From Prochlorococcus sp. AG-409-P19 (lineage in GTDB: Bacteria; Cyanobacteriota; Cyanobacteriia; PCC-6307; Cyanobiaceae), in assembly GCA_003215315.1 (NCBI GenBank), contig QCKO01000005.1:23813-87812 (forward strand): a DNA stretch of 64,000 bases. The letters run 5' to 3'. The position numbers were made by a program, and so were the translations under genes. This document shows, in pieces, positions 10,125 to 20,908 of this stretch (its first letter is position 1; each line of letters opens with the position of its first letter). The notes under the pieces were generated by a model that worked only from the letters and a program-made list of their open reading frames with translations, searched no databases and was not told where the DNA came from.

Positions 10125-11263
10125 CCCAAAAATGACCCAGATTGATTACAAGCCTTTTCCTCATTCTCAATTGCTTGAATACTGTCCTTAAGAACAGAAT
10201 CAATACTTTCACCATGAGAACAAGCGTTTATCCATCTCATAGATTGATTTCCATGAAGTAAAACTTTTTTAATAGGATTTAATAAAGGAAGCATTCCTTG
10301 ACTTTCGGCAAGAGGAGTGACCTCGCTAATTAATTGATCGATCCATTCACGACAGTATATTTTCTCTCCATTTTTCCAATGATGCAACACTGCATCTAAG
10401 CTCAATTTGGCTGCTGATATATCATTCAACTTTGACAAATGTGCAAGTTCTGAAACAGTTAATGAACTTACTTCTAGCGGGTCTAACTCATTTACGTTAG
10501 TTACAAGAGACAAAACCCTTAATTCCAATAAGGCAGTAATTGCCAAGAGCAAGTCGCAATCGGTCACAAGATCGCATATCCGAAGTTCCAAACGATCCAC
10601 TTTGTAAGGACGCGAAGGACCATTTGGTCTTACTGAAGTCCACAAATGTCTTTCATTCCACATATTTTTCTGTCTTAATTGCTCCTCCACCCACACCACA
10701 TAATGAGAATGATCTAGAAAAATCGGGACCTCTTGCGGAGTCAATGGAAATTGTATCCATCTTTGAGAATGATTACCTGTAAGTGCACCATCAAGGAAAG
10801 GTGAACTAGCACTCAAGGCTAAAAAGATAGCAGCCTCACATCTGACGAGGCGAAGAGCTGAAAAAAGTAAAGGTAAATTATCTATTCCCAAATTTATATG
10901 GACACTAGTCGTTACAACATTGCTTCCATACTGACGTTCAATTAACGAATGATATGAATTAGAAGGATCAGACCTTAGAAAAATTCCTGAATCTCCTAAG
11001 CTCAATGTGCTGCCTGGAAGAATAGTTAAATTTTTAGTCTTTAACCATTCTCTTAATCTCTTCCTTGGTATTAACAAAGCATTTTTTAAATATTCATATT
11101 TTCTCTCTGGAAGAGTTATATATTCAAGATTTCTTTGATCTGGCTCTTTAACAAAATCCGATAATTCATCTGCAGCAACTGATGCAATCCCAACATGTTC
11201 TGCTGATGCAGTACCAGTAAAAAGCTCAACCTCAAAACCTTTTAAAAGTCTATTTACCGTCAT
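10121..11263 (-). CDS. gshA: Glutamate--cysteine ligase (cyanobacterial type)
   Basis: [42 protein letters not shown]. Confidence 0.92.
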   Translation of the reverse strand: MTVNRLLKGFEVELFTGTASAEHVGIASVAADELSDFVKEPDQRNLEYITLPERKYEYLKNALLIPRKRLREWLKTKNLTILPGSTLSLGDSGIFLRSDPSNSYHSLIERQYGSNVVTTSVHINLGIDNLPLLFSALRLVRCEAAIFLALSASSPFLDGALTGNHSQRWIQFPLTPQEVPIFLDHSHYVVWVEEQLRQKNMWNERHLWTSVRPNGPSRPYKVDRLELRICDLVTDCDLLLAITALLELRVLSLVTNVNELDPLEVSSLTVSELAHLSKLNDISAAKLSLDAVLHHWKNGEKIYCREWIDQLISEVTPLAESQGMLPLLNPIKKVLLHGNQSMRWINACSHGESIDSVLKDSIQAIENEEKACNQSGSFLG

Positions 11264-12783
11264 GAATCCTTATCTTTTAAACAAGCAATTGCTGAAAACA
11301 TACCTCTAGCCTTATTTAAAGTTTCTTGATATTCATTTGAAGGAATAGAATCTGCTACTACTCCTGCTCCAGCCTGTACTTGAACTAAATACCCACCCTG
11401 AAGATTAGAAGATACAACCATAGTTCTGATAGTAATCGCTGTATTTAAGGCTCCATTAAGATCGATAGATCCATATACCCCTGAATAGGGTCCTCTGCGG
11501 TCTGTTTCCAATTGATTAATTAATTGCATTGATCTAATTTTTGGCGCACCACTAACAGTACCTGCCGGAAAGGAAGCCATTAATAAATCCCAAACATCTT
11601 TATCTGCATCTAGGACACCTTCCACTTCGCTAACAATATGCATGACATGTGAATATTTCTCGATAACCATCAAATCCTTAACTACTACACTGCCAGGCTT
11701 ACAGACTCTACCCAAATCATTTCGTCCCAAATCAACAAGCATGACATGTTCAGCTCTTTCTTTGGGATCCTGCAAAAGCTCCTGTTCCAGCTCCCTATCA
11801 TCCGCATCAGTTTTTCCCCTTGGCCTCGTTCCAGCAATAGGGCGCAAACTTGCTGAAACACCATTATTAATAGGATGAGCCTTAACCATAACTTCTGGAC
11901 TCGAGCCAATAAGTTGCCAATCTCCAAAATCAAAAAAAGCCATAAATGGTGACGGGTTAATCATTCGCAGACTTCGGTATAACTCGAATGGCTTATGAGA
12001 AACATCTGTTTGTAGTTTTTGGCTTAAAACAAGTTGAAAAACATCGCCTTTGGCAATAAATTTTTTTGCAATTTGAACTGAATGCTCATATTCATCTTTT
12101 GAACAATTACTTTCTGTTTTTGGGGATTGATTATTATCGCTGATGCTCCAAGACAATGTCCTGACAGGTTTCAGCGGCTTAGACATTAGAAGCTGTAATT
12201 CTTGTATTTGCCCAACGGCAGTTTCATATGCTTCTTCTATAGACAACCCATTAGTAAGATCTCCATATGCAACTGCAGTAATTAATCTCTTTACCTGATC
12301 AAATATGAGCGTTTTATCCATAAACATCCAAATCCCATCTGGCAAATCTCCTTCTTTAGCAGGGTGAATTGGAACTGTAGGCTCAATCCAATTAATTAAT
12401 TCATAACCCCACATTCCAAAAAGTTGTCCCAATTGAGGAAGTCCTGGTAGACAAATTGATTTATACGGTTCTAATAATTGTCTAATAATTTCAAAAGGGT
12501 TACCTATTAATTCTTCTTTGGATCCATCTCTCCATTCCCTAGTTAATTTATTATCTCGCGCAATAGCTATCCATAATGGCTCTGAGGCAACAACACTCCA
12601 TCTTCCTAGTGTCTCGCCACCCTCAACAGATTCAAGCAAAACGCCAGGCGGCTTGCCATTGCCAACTTTTAACCAAGTAGTTAATGGAGTCTCGAGATCT
12701 GCTGGCCAACTTTTAGCCAATGGAATAAAGCTAGCGCCATTTGACGCAGCATGGAAAAATTTTTCTTTATCTAAGCTTTGCAT
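11260..12783 (-). CDS. trpE: Anthranilate synthase component I
   Basis: ADLETP, LLESVEGGE, NPSPFM, RPIAGTRPRG, KERAEHVMLVDLGRND, FPAGTVSGAPK. ATG at 12783 preferred. Confidence 0.96.
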   Translation of the reverse strand: MQSLDKEKFFHAASNGASFIPLAKSWPADLETPLTTWLKVGNGKPPGVLLESVEGGETLGRWSVVASEPLWIAIARDNKLTREWRDGSKEELIGNPFEIIRQLLEPYKSICLPGLPQLGQLFGMWGYELINWIEPTVPIHPAKEGDLPDGIWMFMDKTLIFDQVKRLITAVAYGDLTNGLSIEEAYETAVGQIQELQLLMSKPLKPVRTLSWSISDNNQSPKTESNCSKDEYEHSVQIAKKFIAKGDVFQLVLSQKLQTDVSHKPFELYRSLRMINPSPFMAFFDFGDWQLIGSSPEVMVKAHPINNGVSASLRPIAGTRPRGKTDADDRELEQELLQDPKERAEHVMLVDLGRNDLGRVCKPGSVVVKDLMVIEKYSHVMHIVSEVEGVLDADKDVWDLLMASFPAGTVSGAPKIRSMQLINQLETDRRGPYSGVYGSIDLNGALNTAITIRTMVVSSNLQGGYLVQVQAGAGVVADSIPSNEYQETLNKARGMFSAIACLKDKDS

Positions 12784-12847
12784 AGCTGCATCATCGCAGC
12801 CCAATATATATTTTGAAAGGCCGCAAGGTTTTTATAGATTTTATGAC

Positions 12848-13273
12848 TCAAGCATCGTAAGTATTTTTACCACTAAACTTTAAGCTTGCAGGATTAGGGT
12901 TTTCTCCGATTCTTCTATCATTATAACCAACCTTTTCACGACCCTCATTTGGTTTTTCGGAGAAAACACCATCTTTGGGGAATAAAAGTTCTGTATCACC
13001 ACCTGGATAAATTCTAAAAATCTTGCAAGTCTCAATTCTTGGTTTAAAACCTCTTAATTGAGTATTCAGAGCAAAACATTGCTCTTTTCTAGCAAAATAC
13101 ATAAGATTTTCACCTTCATGCATTACGGCAGCACCACCGGTTGGCAATTCAAAAGGTTCAGACTTTTTACTTGTCCATGTAATTGCATATTTCTCTTCCG
13201 TTTCAGCAGAATTTAAAAGCCCTCCGGTGCTTCCGATGTGCTGTGGGAGATTCCCTTGTAATACCTCGGTCAT
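12848..13273 (-). CDS. psaD: Photosystem I reaction center subunit II
   Basis: [40 protein letters not shown]. Confidence 0.97.
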   Translation of the reverse strand: MTEVLQGNLPQHIGSTGGLLNSAETEEKYAITWTSKKSEPFELPTGGAAVMHEGENLMYFARKEQCFALNTQLRGFKPRIETCKIFRIYPGGDTELLFPKDGVFSEKPNEGREKVGYNDRRIGENPNPASLKFSGKNTYDA

Positions 13274-13373
13274 TGATTTAATTGCGAATCTGATTTCTCT
13301 TTACAAGTAGAAAGTAGCACTTTCTTTTGTGACTTTTGGTGCTTCCATAGCTTCTCCTTCACACGAGTCAACA

Positions 13374-14771
13374 TTATTGCTTTATATGTTCAAGCTCTTT
13401 GGTGTCTGAAATAGGGAAAAAGATTGTCAAACCACTATCTCTTCTATTAGTGAGCCTTCCTCCAAGACTTTTCAATAATCGTTGTGTCGCAGCCTGACTA
13501 AGTTGCAAACTTCCAGTAACTGGATTCCAACTAAGCACAGGTCCTACTGGGGCATTAGAGTTTTTTTCAGAAGTTTGCCTATTTGTTGTAGAAACTTCAC
13601 TTAAAATTTGCAGCTTCAACCTCTGACCAGCAGGACGAAGTTTCATAGTAATAACTCCTCCTGGTTGTAATCCACGGGTATTTCTATCCACTAAGCCTCC
13701 TAGCATCAACTCAAGGCCCTCTGGATCACTTAAAATCTTTGGCAATTCAGAGTCAATGTCCAGTACTAATTTTAAACCTTTTCGCTCCAATTTCTGGCTC
13801 CAATTGGGAGCAAGAATTTGCAAAATCCCCCCCAAATCTGTAACAGCTAATTTTGACTGTTTTGGCTTACGCGTTTCAAGCTCAACCGCATTGAAAATCA
13901 ATCCAAAGCGATCAATTTGCTCGGTACATTCTGCATCAATTTGCTTCAATCTATTCTCTACAACATTAGAAATATCCTTTCTCCTAAGAAGTGATCTAAT
14001 CAAAGTTCTAATCGTCGCCAAGGGTGTTCTAATCTCATGAGTCAAAGCTTCCAGTAAAGAGATTTCTCCATTTTGAGAATGATATTGTTCCTCATTAGAA
14101 GATTTTTCTGGAAGTGTTTGAATATTTAAACTTGGCGCTATGCCAGCTAATCTTTTTGCGAGTAAAGGCCAAAAAATTTTTGAGAGATCATCATTACTTC
14201 TTAATTGACCTAGCTCTCCCAATTCATGACGAAGCTGAAAAGCCTGCTCTTCTTTCTCTGCATTCAACCTACTATCTAACATAGTAAGTAATTCTCTTAA
14301 AGTCTCTGGGTCGCTACGCATTATTAAGTTCCTTTCCCCTGGCATTCCCTGTAGAGCCAAAGCAATTTGAATTTCAGGTGTAATAACAAGGAGAAGCGGA
14401 TCATTTCCATCTTCAACTTGCAAATTTAATCTGTTATAGCTGGCATTTATTGCGTCATTCTTTTGATTAAATGACATAACACAACTAGGCGGCAACAACC
14501 CAACTGATGGGATCTGAAGATTTCCTAACTCCTTTGGGGTCCAAACCCAGCCTTTCAACTTTTTAAGCAATTTAGGCTCATACAACGCAGGCAAAGGAGA
14601 AGAAAGCCATAACCCCCTCGTAAAGTTCATAGGCAAGAGGATTTCACTCTGGAGCGTATCAAGAGCAGCCCACCACAACCTTCTCACTGTTTCTTCATCA
14701 CTATTACCGTTTGGCACTCCCTCTGCCATACGTTCTTGTAAAGATGCAATTGTGACAAAAGTGCTATTCAC
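13374..14771 (-). CDS. Cytoplasmic sensor histidine kinase (probably cyanobacterial Hik34-like) with atypical ATPase domain
   Basis: H-box LTHEIRTPLATIRTL; no transmembrane segments; canonical N/G1/G2 boxes not recognisable. Confidence 0.8.
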   Translation of the reverse strand: MNSTFVTIASLQERMAEGVPNGNSDEETVRRLWWAALDTLQSEILLPMNFTRGLWLSSPLPALYEPKLLKKLKGWVWTPKELGNLQIPSVGLLPPSCVMSFNQKNDAINASYNRLNLQVEDGNDPLLLVITPEIQIALALQGMPGERNLIMRSDPETLRELLTMLDSRLNAEKEEQAFQLRHELGELGQLRSNDDLSKIFWPLLAKRLAGIAPSLNIQTLPEKSSNEEQYHSQNGEISLLEALTHEIRTPLATIRTLIRSLLRRKDISNVVENRLKQIDAECTEQIDRFGLIFNAVELETRKPKQSKLAVTDLGGILQILAPNWSQKLERKGLKLVLDIDSELPKILSDPEGLELMLGGLVDRNTRGLQPGGVITMKLRPAGQRLKLQILSEVSTTNRQTSEKNSNAPVGPVLSWNPVTGSLQLSQAATQRLLKSLGGRLTNRRDSGLTIFFPISDTKELEHIKQ

Positions 14772-16039
14772 AAATTTCTTCTAATAAATGTTCCTCGAAG
14801 AGAAACTGAAAGACATAATCCCAATGCAATAAAATTTACAGCTAAAGCAGTACGTCCATAACTCATAAAAGGAAGGGGGATTCCCGTAACAGGTCCTAAA
14901 CCAATGGTCATAAAGATATTTACCATTACTTGAAACATAAACATTGTTGCAATACCAATTACAACAAGTGATTCAAAATCGGTCCTAGCATTCTTAGCTA
15001 TTCTTAGAAGTTGCAATATCAATAAACCAAAAAGAATAAGAACAATAGTTGTACCAAGGAAACCTGTCTCTTCTCCTAATGCCGAAAAAATAAAATCAGT
15101 ATGTTGTTCAGGAATAAAGTTTAACTTAGTTAACTGTCCTTGAAGCAAACCAGTGCCAAACAGTCCTCCAGAACCAATCCCTATTTTACTTTGTATTAAA
15201 TGATAGCCTCCACCTAGAGGATCTTTACTTGGATCAACAAATATCAGTAACCTATCTCTTTGATAATCCCTTAGTCCATAAGTCCAGAGCCAAGGAGCAA
15301 AGTAAGCAATTAAACTATGTAATGAAACAATCAAAATGGAAAAAAATTTTTTTCCATTTAATGAGCGATAAAAAGCAAAACCAATAAGACTAATCCAACC
15401 AAAATTTAAAACTGGGCTAACACAGGCCAAGATAAATGTAAAAGCTAGCGCAAGAGGAAAAAAACTCCATTCAAAAGGTATACCTGCCCAATAAAGCATA
15501 ACCATAAGTATTGCACCAAAAACCAAAGATGTGCCCAAATCAGGCTGCATAAAAACCAATATCCAAGGTATAAAAATAATACTCAATGGTTTAATTAAAC
15601 TTGCTACCTTATCAAATTTATAACGGTCCAAAATAGAAGCAAGAACAAGAATAGAACTTAATTTTGCGATTTCAGATGGTTGTATATTAAAGCCGCCAAA
15701 ACTCAACCATCTCTGAGCTCCCAGCGCTTCTGTACCCAAGAAAATCACAGCAATCAGAAGTGCAATAGTAATGATATAGACAGGTAAAGTAAATTTTCGC
15801 AAGCTATCCAGTGGAACTTGTGATAAAAAATAAGCAGTAAATAATCCAAAAATAGCAACTAATAAATGTTGATACCAATTAATCAAACCAATCTGTCTTT
15901 GAGTACTAGCGATAAGAAAGCATGATAATATAGTCAAGATTACTGGTACAATACAGACTATAAATTCATTAATATTACTCCTTTTAGAATAACGATAAGA
16001 TGTTATTTTTTTTATATTTTTCTGGCCATAGTTAATCAT
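14768..16039 (-). CDS. rodA: Rod shape-determining protein RodA (SEDS family)
   Basis: GAQRW, IQPSEIAK, QPDLGT, GYHLIQS.IGIGSGG, PEQHTDFIFS, GIPLPFMSYG. Confidence 0.93.
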   Translation of the reverse strand: MINYGQKNIKKITSYRYSKRSNINEFIVCIVPVILTILSCFLIASTQRQIGLINWYQHLLVAIFGLFTAYFLSQVPLDSLRKFTLPVYIITIALLIAVIFLGTEALGAQRWLSFGGFNIQPSEIAKLSSILVLASILDRYKFDKVASLIKPLSIIFIPWILVFMQPDLGTSLVFGAILMVMLYWAGIPFEWSFFPLALAFTFILACVSPVLNFGWISLIGFAFYRSLNGKKFFSILIVSLHSLIAYFAPWLWTYGLRDYQRDRLLIFVDPSKDPLGGGYHLIQSKIGIGSGGLFGTGLLQGQLTKLNFIPEQHTDFIFSALGEETGFLGTTIVLILFGLLILQLLRIAKNARTDFESLVVIGIATMFMFQVMVNIFMTIGLGPVTGIPLPFMSYGRTALAVNFIALGLCLSVSLRGTFIRRNL

Positions 16040-16057
16040 ATATTAAAATCAAAGATT

Positions 16058-17140
16058 TCAAGTTTTGGATAAATCAACAACTACTTTTTCAGCTAATTCT
16101 CTAAAAGCTTTAGCAGTTATTGATTGTGGTTCACGTTTAACAATAGGTTCAAATTCTCCTTCCACATAATTACCTATCATTTCCATAGGAATTTGCGCCA
16201 ACAAAGGAACATTATTTTCTTCAGCCAATCTCATCCCACCACCTGAACCAAAGATCTTATAACTTTTATCAGGTTGATCAGGAGGAATAAAAGCAGTCAT
16301 GTTTTCCACCACGCCCAAAACCGGTACATTCATTTGCCTAAACATTGCAAGTCCTCTTCGTGAATCTTGGAGAGAAACATTCTGGGGAGTTGTGACAATG
16401 ACAACACCTGCCATTGGCACTGACTGAGCAAGAGATAATTGAGCATCGCCAGTGCCTGGAGGTAAATCCACAATAAGGAAGTCTCTTTTATTCCAATAAG
16501 CCTGATATAGAAATTGACGAATAATGCCATTTAGCATTGGCCCTCTCCAAATCACAGGCTGAGCTTCATCTATCAGCAATCCCATAGAAACCATTCCAAT
16601 GCCACAAGTTTCTATAGGGATAATCTGTTGCTCAGGTCCAGACCCCGTCACTTCAGGAGTTCGATTATTGATACCCAACATGCAAGGAGTATTGGGGCCA
16701 TATATATCGGCATCTAAAAGACCAATTTTCAAGCCCATATCAGCTAATGCACAGGCCAAATTTACCGCAACTGTGCTTTTCCCTACGCCTCCCTTCCCAC
16801 TACTAACGGCAATAACTTTTTTAACCCCTGCAATTGGACTTAAACCTGTTGTATTTTCACCATGGCCAGCTTGACCAATGGATGCCGACCCTGAAACAGA
16901 ATTCGATAATTCAATTTGCACTTCTTGAATATCATCAAACTTAAGCAAAGATTCTCGAATCTCTCCAGCAATACGTTGTCTTTGATTTTGAGCAAAATCT
17001 GGAATTTTGAGCCTTACAGTTATTTTTGGTGGATCAACGTTAATCCCATCTACCCAATCAAGATCAACAATTGAACGCGCACTGCCAACGTCCTGAACGA
17101 GCTCAACTGATCTTTTTGCCTGCTCGTGAGTGGTGGTCAT
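16058..17140 (-). CDS. mrp: Mrp/ApbC/NBP35 Fe-S cluster carrier ATPase
   Basis: SGKGGVGKST, DADIYGP, VIWRGPM, DLPPGTGD. Confidence 0.93.
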   Translation of the reverse strand: MTTTHEQAKRSVELVQDVGSARSIVDLDWVDGINVDPPKITVRLKIPDFAQNQRQRIAGEIRESLLKFDDIQEVQIELSNSVSGSASIGQAGHGENTTGLSPIAGVKKVIAVSSGKGGVGKSTVAVNLACALADMGLKIGLLDADIYGPNTPCMLGINNRTPEVTGSGPEQQIIPIETCGIGMVSMGLLIDEAQPVIWRGPMLNGIIRQFLYQAYWNKRDFLIVDLPPGTGDAQLSLAQSVPMAGVVIVTTPQNVSLQDSRRGLAMFRQMNVPVLGVVENMTAFIPPDQPDKSYKIFGSGGGMRLAEENNVPLLAQIPMEMIGNYVEGEFEPIVKREPQSITAKAFRELAEKVVVDLSKT

Positions 17141-17315
17141 TCTATTACTCAGACTTACTGATCCTAGAGAGGAGCTATAGAAAATTGAAGATACAATAAA
17201 CTAAAAGTGTTTGTCCTAAAGTATTAAAACCATTGAAGGTATACAAACTTTTCCAATATTGCAATGTTTTTTGCGACATTTAAAAGTAGTTTCCTACAGT
17301 AAGCAATGTTAAGCT

Positions 17316-18362
17316 TTGTCTTCTCCTATAGAAAGTGGCAAATTGCCCGCGAATAATTCACGTGAACTAGCTAAAAAACTGGTTCTAAGCCTTCAAGATG
17401 AAATCTGTTCAGGGTTAGAAGCCTGCGATGGTGAATCTAAATTTGAAGAAGATAGCTGGGATAGGCCTGAAGGAGGAGGAGGAAGATCCAGAGTATTAAA
17501 AAATGGGCGAATATTCGAACAAGGCGGCGTCAACTTTTCTGAGGTTCATGGGGCTGAATTACCACCTTCAATTCTCAATCAAAGACCAGAGGCAAAAGGA
17601 CATACATGGTTCGCGACAGGAACTTCTATGGTGCTTCATCCCAAAAATCCCTATATTCCAACTGTGCACTTAAATTATCGATATTTTGAGGCTGGACCTG
17701 TTTGGTGGTTTGGCGGGGGAGCAGATTTAACACCTTTTTATCCTTATTTATCCGATACTCGTCATTTTCATAAAGTTCACAAAAACGCATGTGATTCAAT
17801 CAACCCCTGTTTGCACAAAGTTTTCAAACCATGGTGTGATGAATATTTTTATCTGAAGCATAGAAACGAGACAAGGGGCATAGGCGGGATTTTCTATGAT
17901 TATCAAGATGGCTCAGGTTGTATTTATAAAGGACAAAATCATGAGGGTCAAGCTGCACAAATTTCAAAAGATTTTGGGAAATGCGAATTAAATTGGGAAG
18001 AGCTATTTGCCTTAGCAAAAGCATGCGGTCAATCCTTCTTACCGGCATACCTACCGATAGTGGAGAAAAGGCAAAATCAAGCTTTCAATGAAAAACAAAG
18101 AGACTTTCAGTTATACCGAAGAGGTAGATATGCAGAATTTAATTTAGTATGGGATAGAGGTACAATTTTTGGCCTGCAAACCAATGGCAGAACTGAATCG
18201 ATCCTAATGTCTCTACCACCTTTAGCTAGATGGGAATATGGATATATGGCACCAAAGAATTCTAGAGAAGCTTTACTGACAGATGTATTTACTAAACCTC
18301 AAGAATGGTTCACAGATAAATCGCTGGAAGAAAAATGTCGTCTTCATCAAGCGTTGGATTAA
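17316..18362 (+). CDS. hemF: Oxygen-dependent coproporphyrinogen III oxidase
   Basis: [64 protein letters not shown]. Confidence 0.97.
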   Translation: MSSPIESGKLPANNSRELAKKLVLSLQDEICSGLEACDGESKFEEDSWDRPEGGGGRSRVLKNGRIFEQGGVNFSEVHGAELPPSILNQRPEAKGHTWFATGTSMVLHPKNPYIPTVHLNYRYFEAGPVWWFGGGADLTPFYPYLSDTRHFHKVHKNACDSINPCLHKVFKPWCDEYFYLKHRNETRGIGGIFYDYQDGSGCIYKGQNHEGQAAQISKDFGKCELNWEELFALAKACGQSFLPAYLPIVEKRQNQAFNEKQRDFQLYRRGRYAEFNLVWDRGTIFGLQTNGRTESILMSLPPLARWEYGYMAPKNSREALLTDVFTKPQEWFTDKSLEEKCRLHQALD

Positions 18363-19122
18363 AGATTTTCTTCTTTAATCCAGAGAGGATTGAAGATATG
18401 ACTTGATTAGAAATAATATTTATAGTTTGATCTCTTTTCCTTGAGTCTCTTAAATTACGTTCTAATTTTCCCTCCAACTTGCCTATTTCTAGTATTCTAA
18501 TTTTTCTTTTTGGTGCTCCTAAACCACCCCTAAAAAAAATTGGATATCTGCCAAAACTTTGTGCAAGTGATTCATCAATAGAATTTAAAGCAATATCTAA
18601 AGGTGGAATCAAGCCAGAGCCAAGTCCATATTCTCCATAAGAATCAAAATGAATTTCTATTGGATAACCTCCTCCCTTCGCAAATTTTTCTCCTACTGAC
18701 CAATTTGTTCGAGGATCATTTTCATTATCAATATTCCTCACTCCTGGATCATATGCAATAATATTTAGACCTCTTTTTTGTCCATTAATTACAACACTAT
18801 CTCTTATTTTTATATTCCAAAATAATTCATCACTTATAGATGAGTCCATGGGTTTGGCATTAAATATATCAACAGCCTCCCCTGCTGTCCCAGCTCCTGA
18901 CAAACCTTGAGAATCCGCATGACCAGCCATTATTAAGATAGGGATATTTCTATCAACCTGGACCTTCCCCACCCAATTGGCATTTGTTTTAGTAACTTGC
19001 CCTATAATTGAACCAATATCATCAGAAAAAGACCAATAATTTATTGTTCTCAACTGAAAAAAACTAAATAAAATAGAATAGTAAATGAATATACATAAAT
19101 TATATAAAATAGATCTTTTCAC
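18310..19122 (-). CDS. Membrane-anchored putative Zn-dependent N-acetylmuramoyl-L-alanine amidase-like (Amidase_3) protein
   Basis: N-terminal hydrophobic segment; motifs [23 protein letters not shown] and ILEIG resemble the H/E/H/E Amidase_3 residues. Confidence 0.55.
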   Translation of the reverse strand: MKRSILYNLCIFIYYSILFSFFQLRTINYWSFSDDIGSIIGQVTKTNANWVGKVQVDRNIPILIMAGHADSQGLSGAGTAGEAVDIFNAKPMDSSISDELFWNIKIRDSVVINGQKRGLNIIAYDPGVRNIDNENDPRTNWSVGEKFAKGGGYPIEIHFDSYGEYGLGSGLIPPLDIALNSIDESLAQSFGRYPIFFRGGLGAPKRKIRILEIGKLEGKLERNLRDSRKRDQTINIISNQVISSILSGLKKKIFNPTLDEDDIFLPAIYL

Positions 19123-19133
19123 ATTGGAACTTC

Positions 19134-19691
19134 TTAAATAGGGGAAGAGAGTAATGATCCATCACTCATCAATCCAAAATCTTTAGCCAGTTCTAATTCC
19201 ATCGCAATTAATTCATCACGGTGAGCTCTAACTCGCAATCTAGTCTGAGACGCATCATCTTCGCTGAGAAGTTTAATTTCCAATCCTTCCACCCTAGAAG
19301 AACGAATTCGATATACAACACCAGCCAAAGGTGCACCTAAAAGAGATAAACATAATGGCCACCAACCTAAGAATGGAAATAATTGCGTTACAACCAACCC
19401 CAAACATGCAGAACCTAATCCCCCAAGAATCGACAAGAAAATTGTCAAGAAAGTACTTGCAGCAACACTTCCGTTAAATCTAAGAACTTTCATCTCCGCA
19501 TCCCCACCGATTTCTCTCCAACCTCTAGCTGCTAACCAATCACTAATTCCTTTCAAAACTTCAAGAGGAGGCAAAGAGGATTGAATATCAACAACTGTGG
19601 TTCTATCCTTACTTGCAGCCCTAAGAAAAAACATAAGCCCGATTGCTAACAAGAACGTAAGCAATAAAGTTGAGGCGAATGCTGTGTGCAT
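19134..19691 (-). CDS. ccb1: Cofactor assembly of complex C subunit B (CCB1, DUF3529)
   Basis: STLLLT.LLAIGL.FFLRAASKDRT and C-terminal RAHRDELI. Confidence 0.88.
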   Translation of the reverse strand: MHTAFASTLLLTFLLAIGLMFFLRAASKDRTTVVDIQSSLPPLEVLKGISDWLAARGWREIGGDAEMKVLRFNGSVAASTFLTIFLSILGGLGSACLGLVVTQLFPFLGWWPLCLSLLGAPLAGVVYRIRSSRVEGLEIKLLSEDDASQTRLRVRAHRDELIAMELELAKDFGLMSDGSLLSSPI

Positions 19692-19909
19692 CTCAGAGAA
19701 TCATTCTCAATGATGGTAGTCGCTATAGCTATCGCTGTATCAACTAGTTGATAGATCAATATTTTTACTACATAACTTCAAAAGCATAAATGGGATGCAA
19801 ACTTCAATGCATAACGGCATAGGTTGAAAAAAAAATAAATCTCAAATAAAAACCATCTAGAATTACAATAACAAACCCCTTTAAGCTTTCTGCACAGCTT
19901 TTTGTCTTC

Positions 19910-20554
19910 ATGATCTCCAAAAATCAAAAACCAGAAAGTTTTTCATTGCTTGATAAAGACCTTAACAATATCTTCTTAGAACAACTTTTAGATTCATCAG
20001 CTATAGCTATTGATACAGAAGCAATGGGGCTAATCCATGGGAGAGACCGCCTCTGCCTAGTTCAAATTTGCGATGAAAAGGATAATGTAGTCTGTATTCG
20101 TCTTTTGCCGAAACAAACTCAAGCACCAAATTTAAAAATTCTTTTAGAACAAACGTCAATCGAGAAGGTCTTTCATTTTGCTCGTTTTGATGTCGCTGCA
20201 TTAGCAAGTAATTTAGACATTCATGTTAATCCTATATTTTGCACAAAAATAGCTAGTAAGTTAGCGAGAACTTATAGTCCTCGCCATGGTCTAAAAGAAG
20301 TAATTCTTGAACTTGTAGGAGTTGAGTTAGATAAACAAGCACAAAGCAGTGACTGGGGAAAAATAGAAGATTTATCAGAAAAGCAATTAAAATATGCAGC
20401 CAATGATGTCCGATTTTTATTACAAGCAAAAGAAAAACTAGAATATATGCTCAAGCGTGAAGAGCGATGGGAACTTGCAAAGAGTTGCTTTAATTGTATT
20501 CCAGTAATATCTGAATTAGATAGAAAGAGATATACAAATATTTTTGACCATTAA
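19910..20554 (+). CDS. rnd: Ribonuclease D-like 3'-5' exonuclease
   Basis: AIDTEAMGL..GRDRLCLVQ, KVFHFARFD, FCTKIAS, QSSDW, YAANDV (DEDDy family). Confidence 0.9.
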   Translation: MISKNQKPESFSLLDKDLNNIFLEQLLDSSAIAIDTEAMGLIHGRDRLCLVQICDEKDNVVCIRLLPKQTQAPNLKILLEQTSIEKVFHFARFDVAALASNLDIHVNPIFCTKIASKLARTYSPRHGLKEVILELVGVELDKQAQSSDWGKIEDLSEKQLKYAANDVRFLLQAKEKLEYMLKREERWELAKSCFNCIPVISELDRKRYTNIFDH

Positions 20555-20576
20555 CCATAAACCTCCTCAAACAATA

Positions 20577-20846
20577 TTAATCTTCAACCATAAAATTCTC
20601 CTCTTCTTTTAAAGCCGCTAAAAGCTCATCAAAAGTTGCAGAAATATTACCGGTATTATCCTTAGCTTGAATAGTAGCTTCTTGCAATAATTTATTTGCT
20701 ATCGACTTTCTCTTAGCAATATCTTTGGAACCCTCTTTTGCCGCAACAATATCAATTTTTCTCCTCGCAGAAGAAATACTGATATTCAGGCAAGAAGCTA
20801 ACTGAGCGGCCAACTTCAAAAACTCATGATCCTCAATCGCAGGCAT
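20577..20846 (-). CDS. Conserved hypothetical protein
   Basis: 89-aa ORF with ATG start; C-terminal FDELL.AL.EEENFMVED is recognisable from picocyanobacteria. Confidence 0.75.
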   Translation of the reverse strand: MPAIEDHEFLKLAAQLASCLNISISSARRKIDIVAAKEGSKDIAKRKSIANKLLQEATIQAKDNTGNISATFDELLAALKEEENFMVED

Positions 20847-20908
20847 ACAAAAAATCCTTCTACTTTTAAAAGTATCTCTTAAGAAGAGAGAATCTCAAAA
20901 TTAATTAA

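Noticed and set aside
13274-13373. RpaB HLR1 sites upstream of psaD (also checked psaC)
   Set aside because: Only single degenerate half-sites were seen, with no correctly spaced direct repeat.
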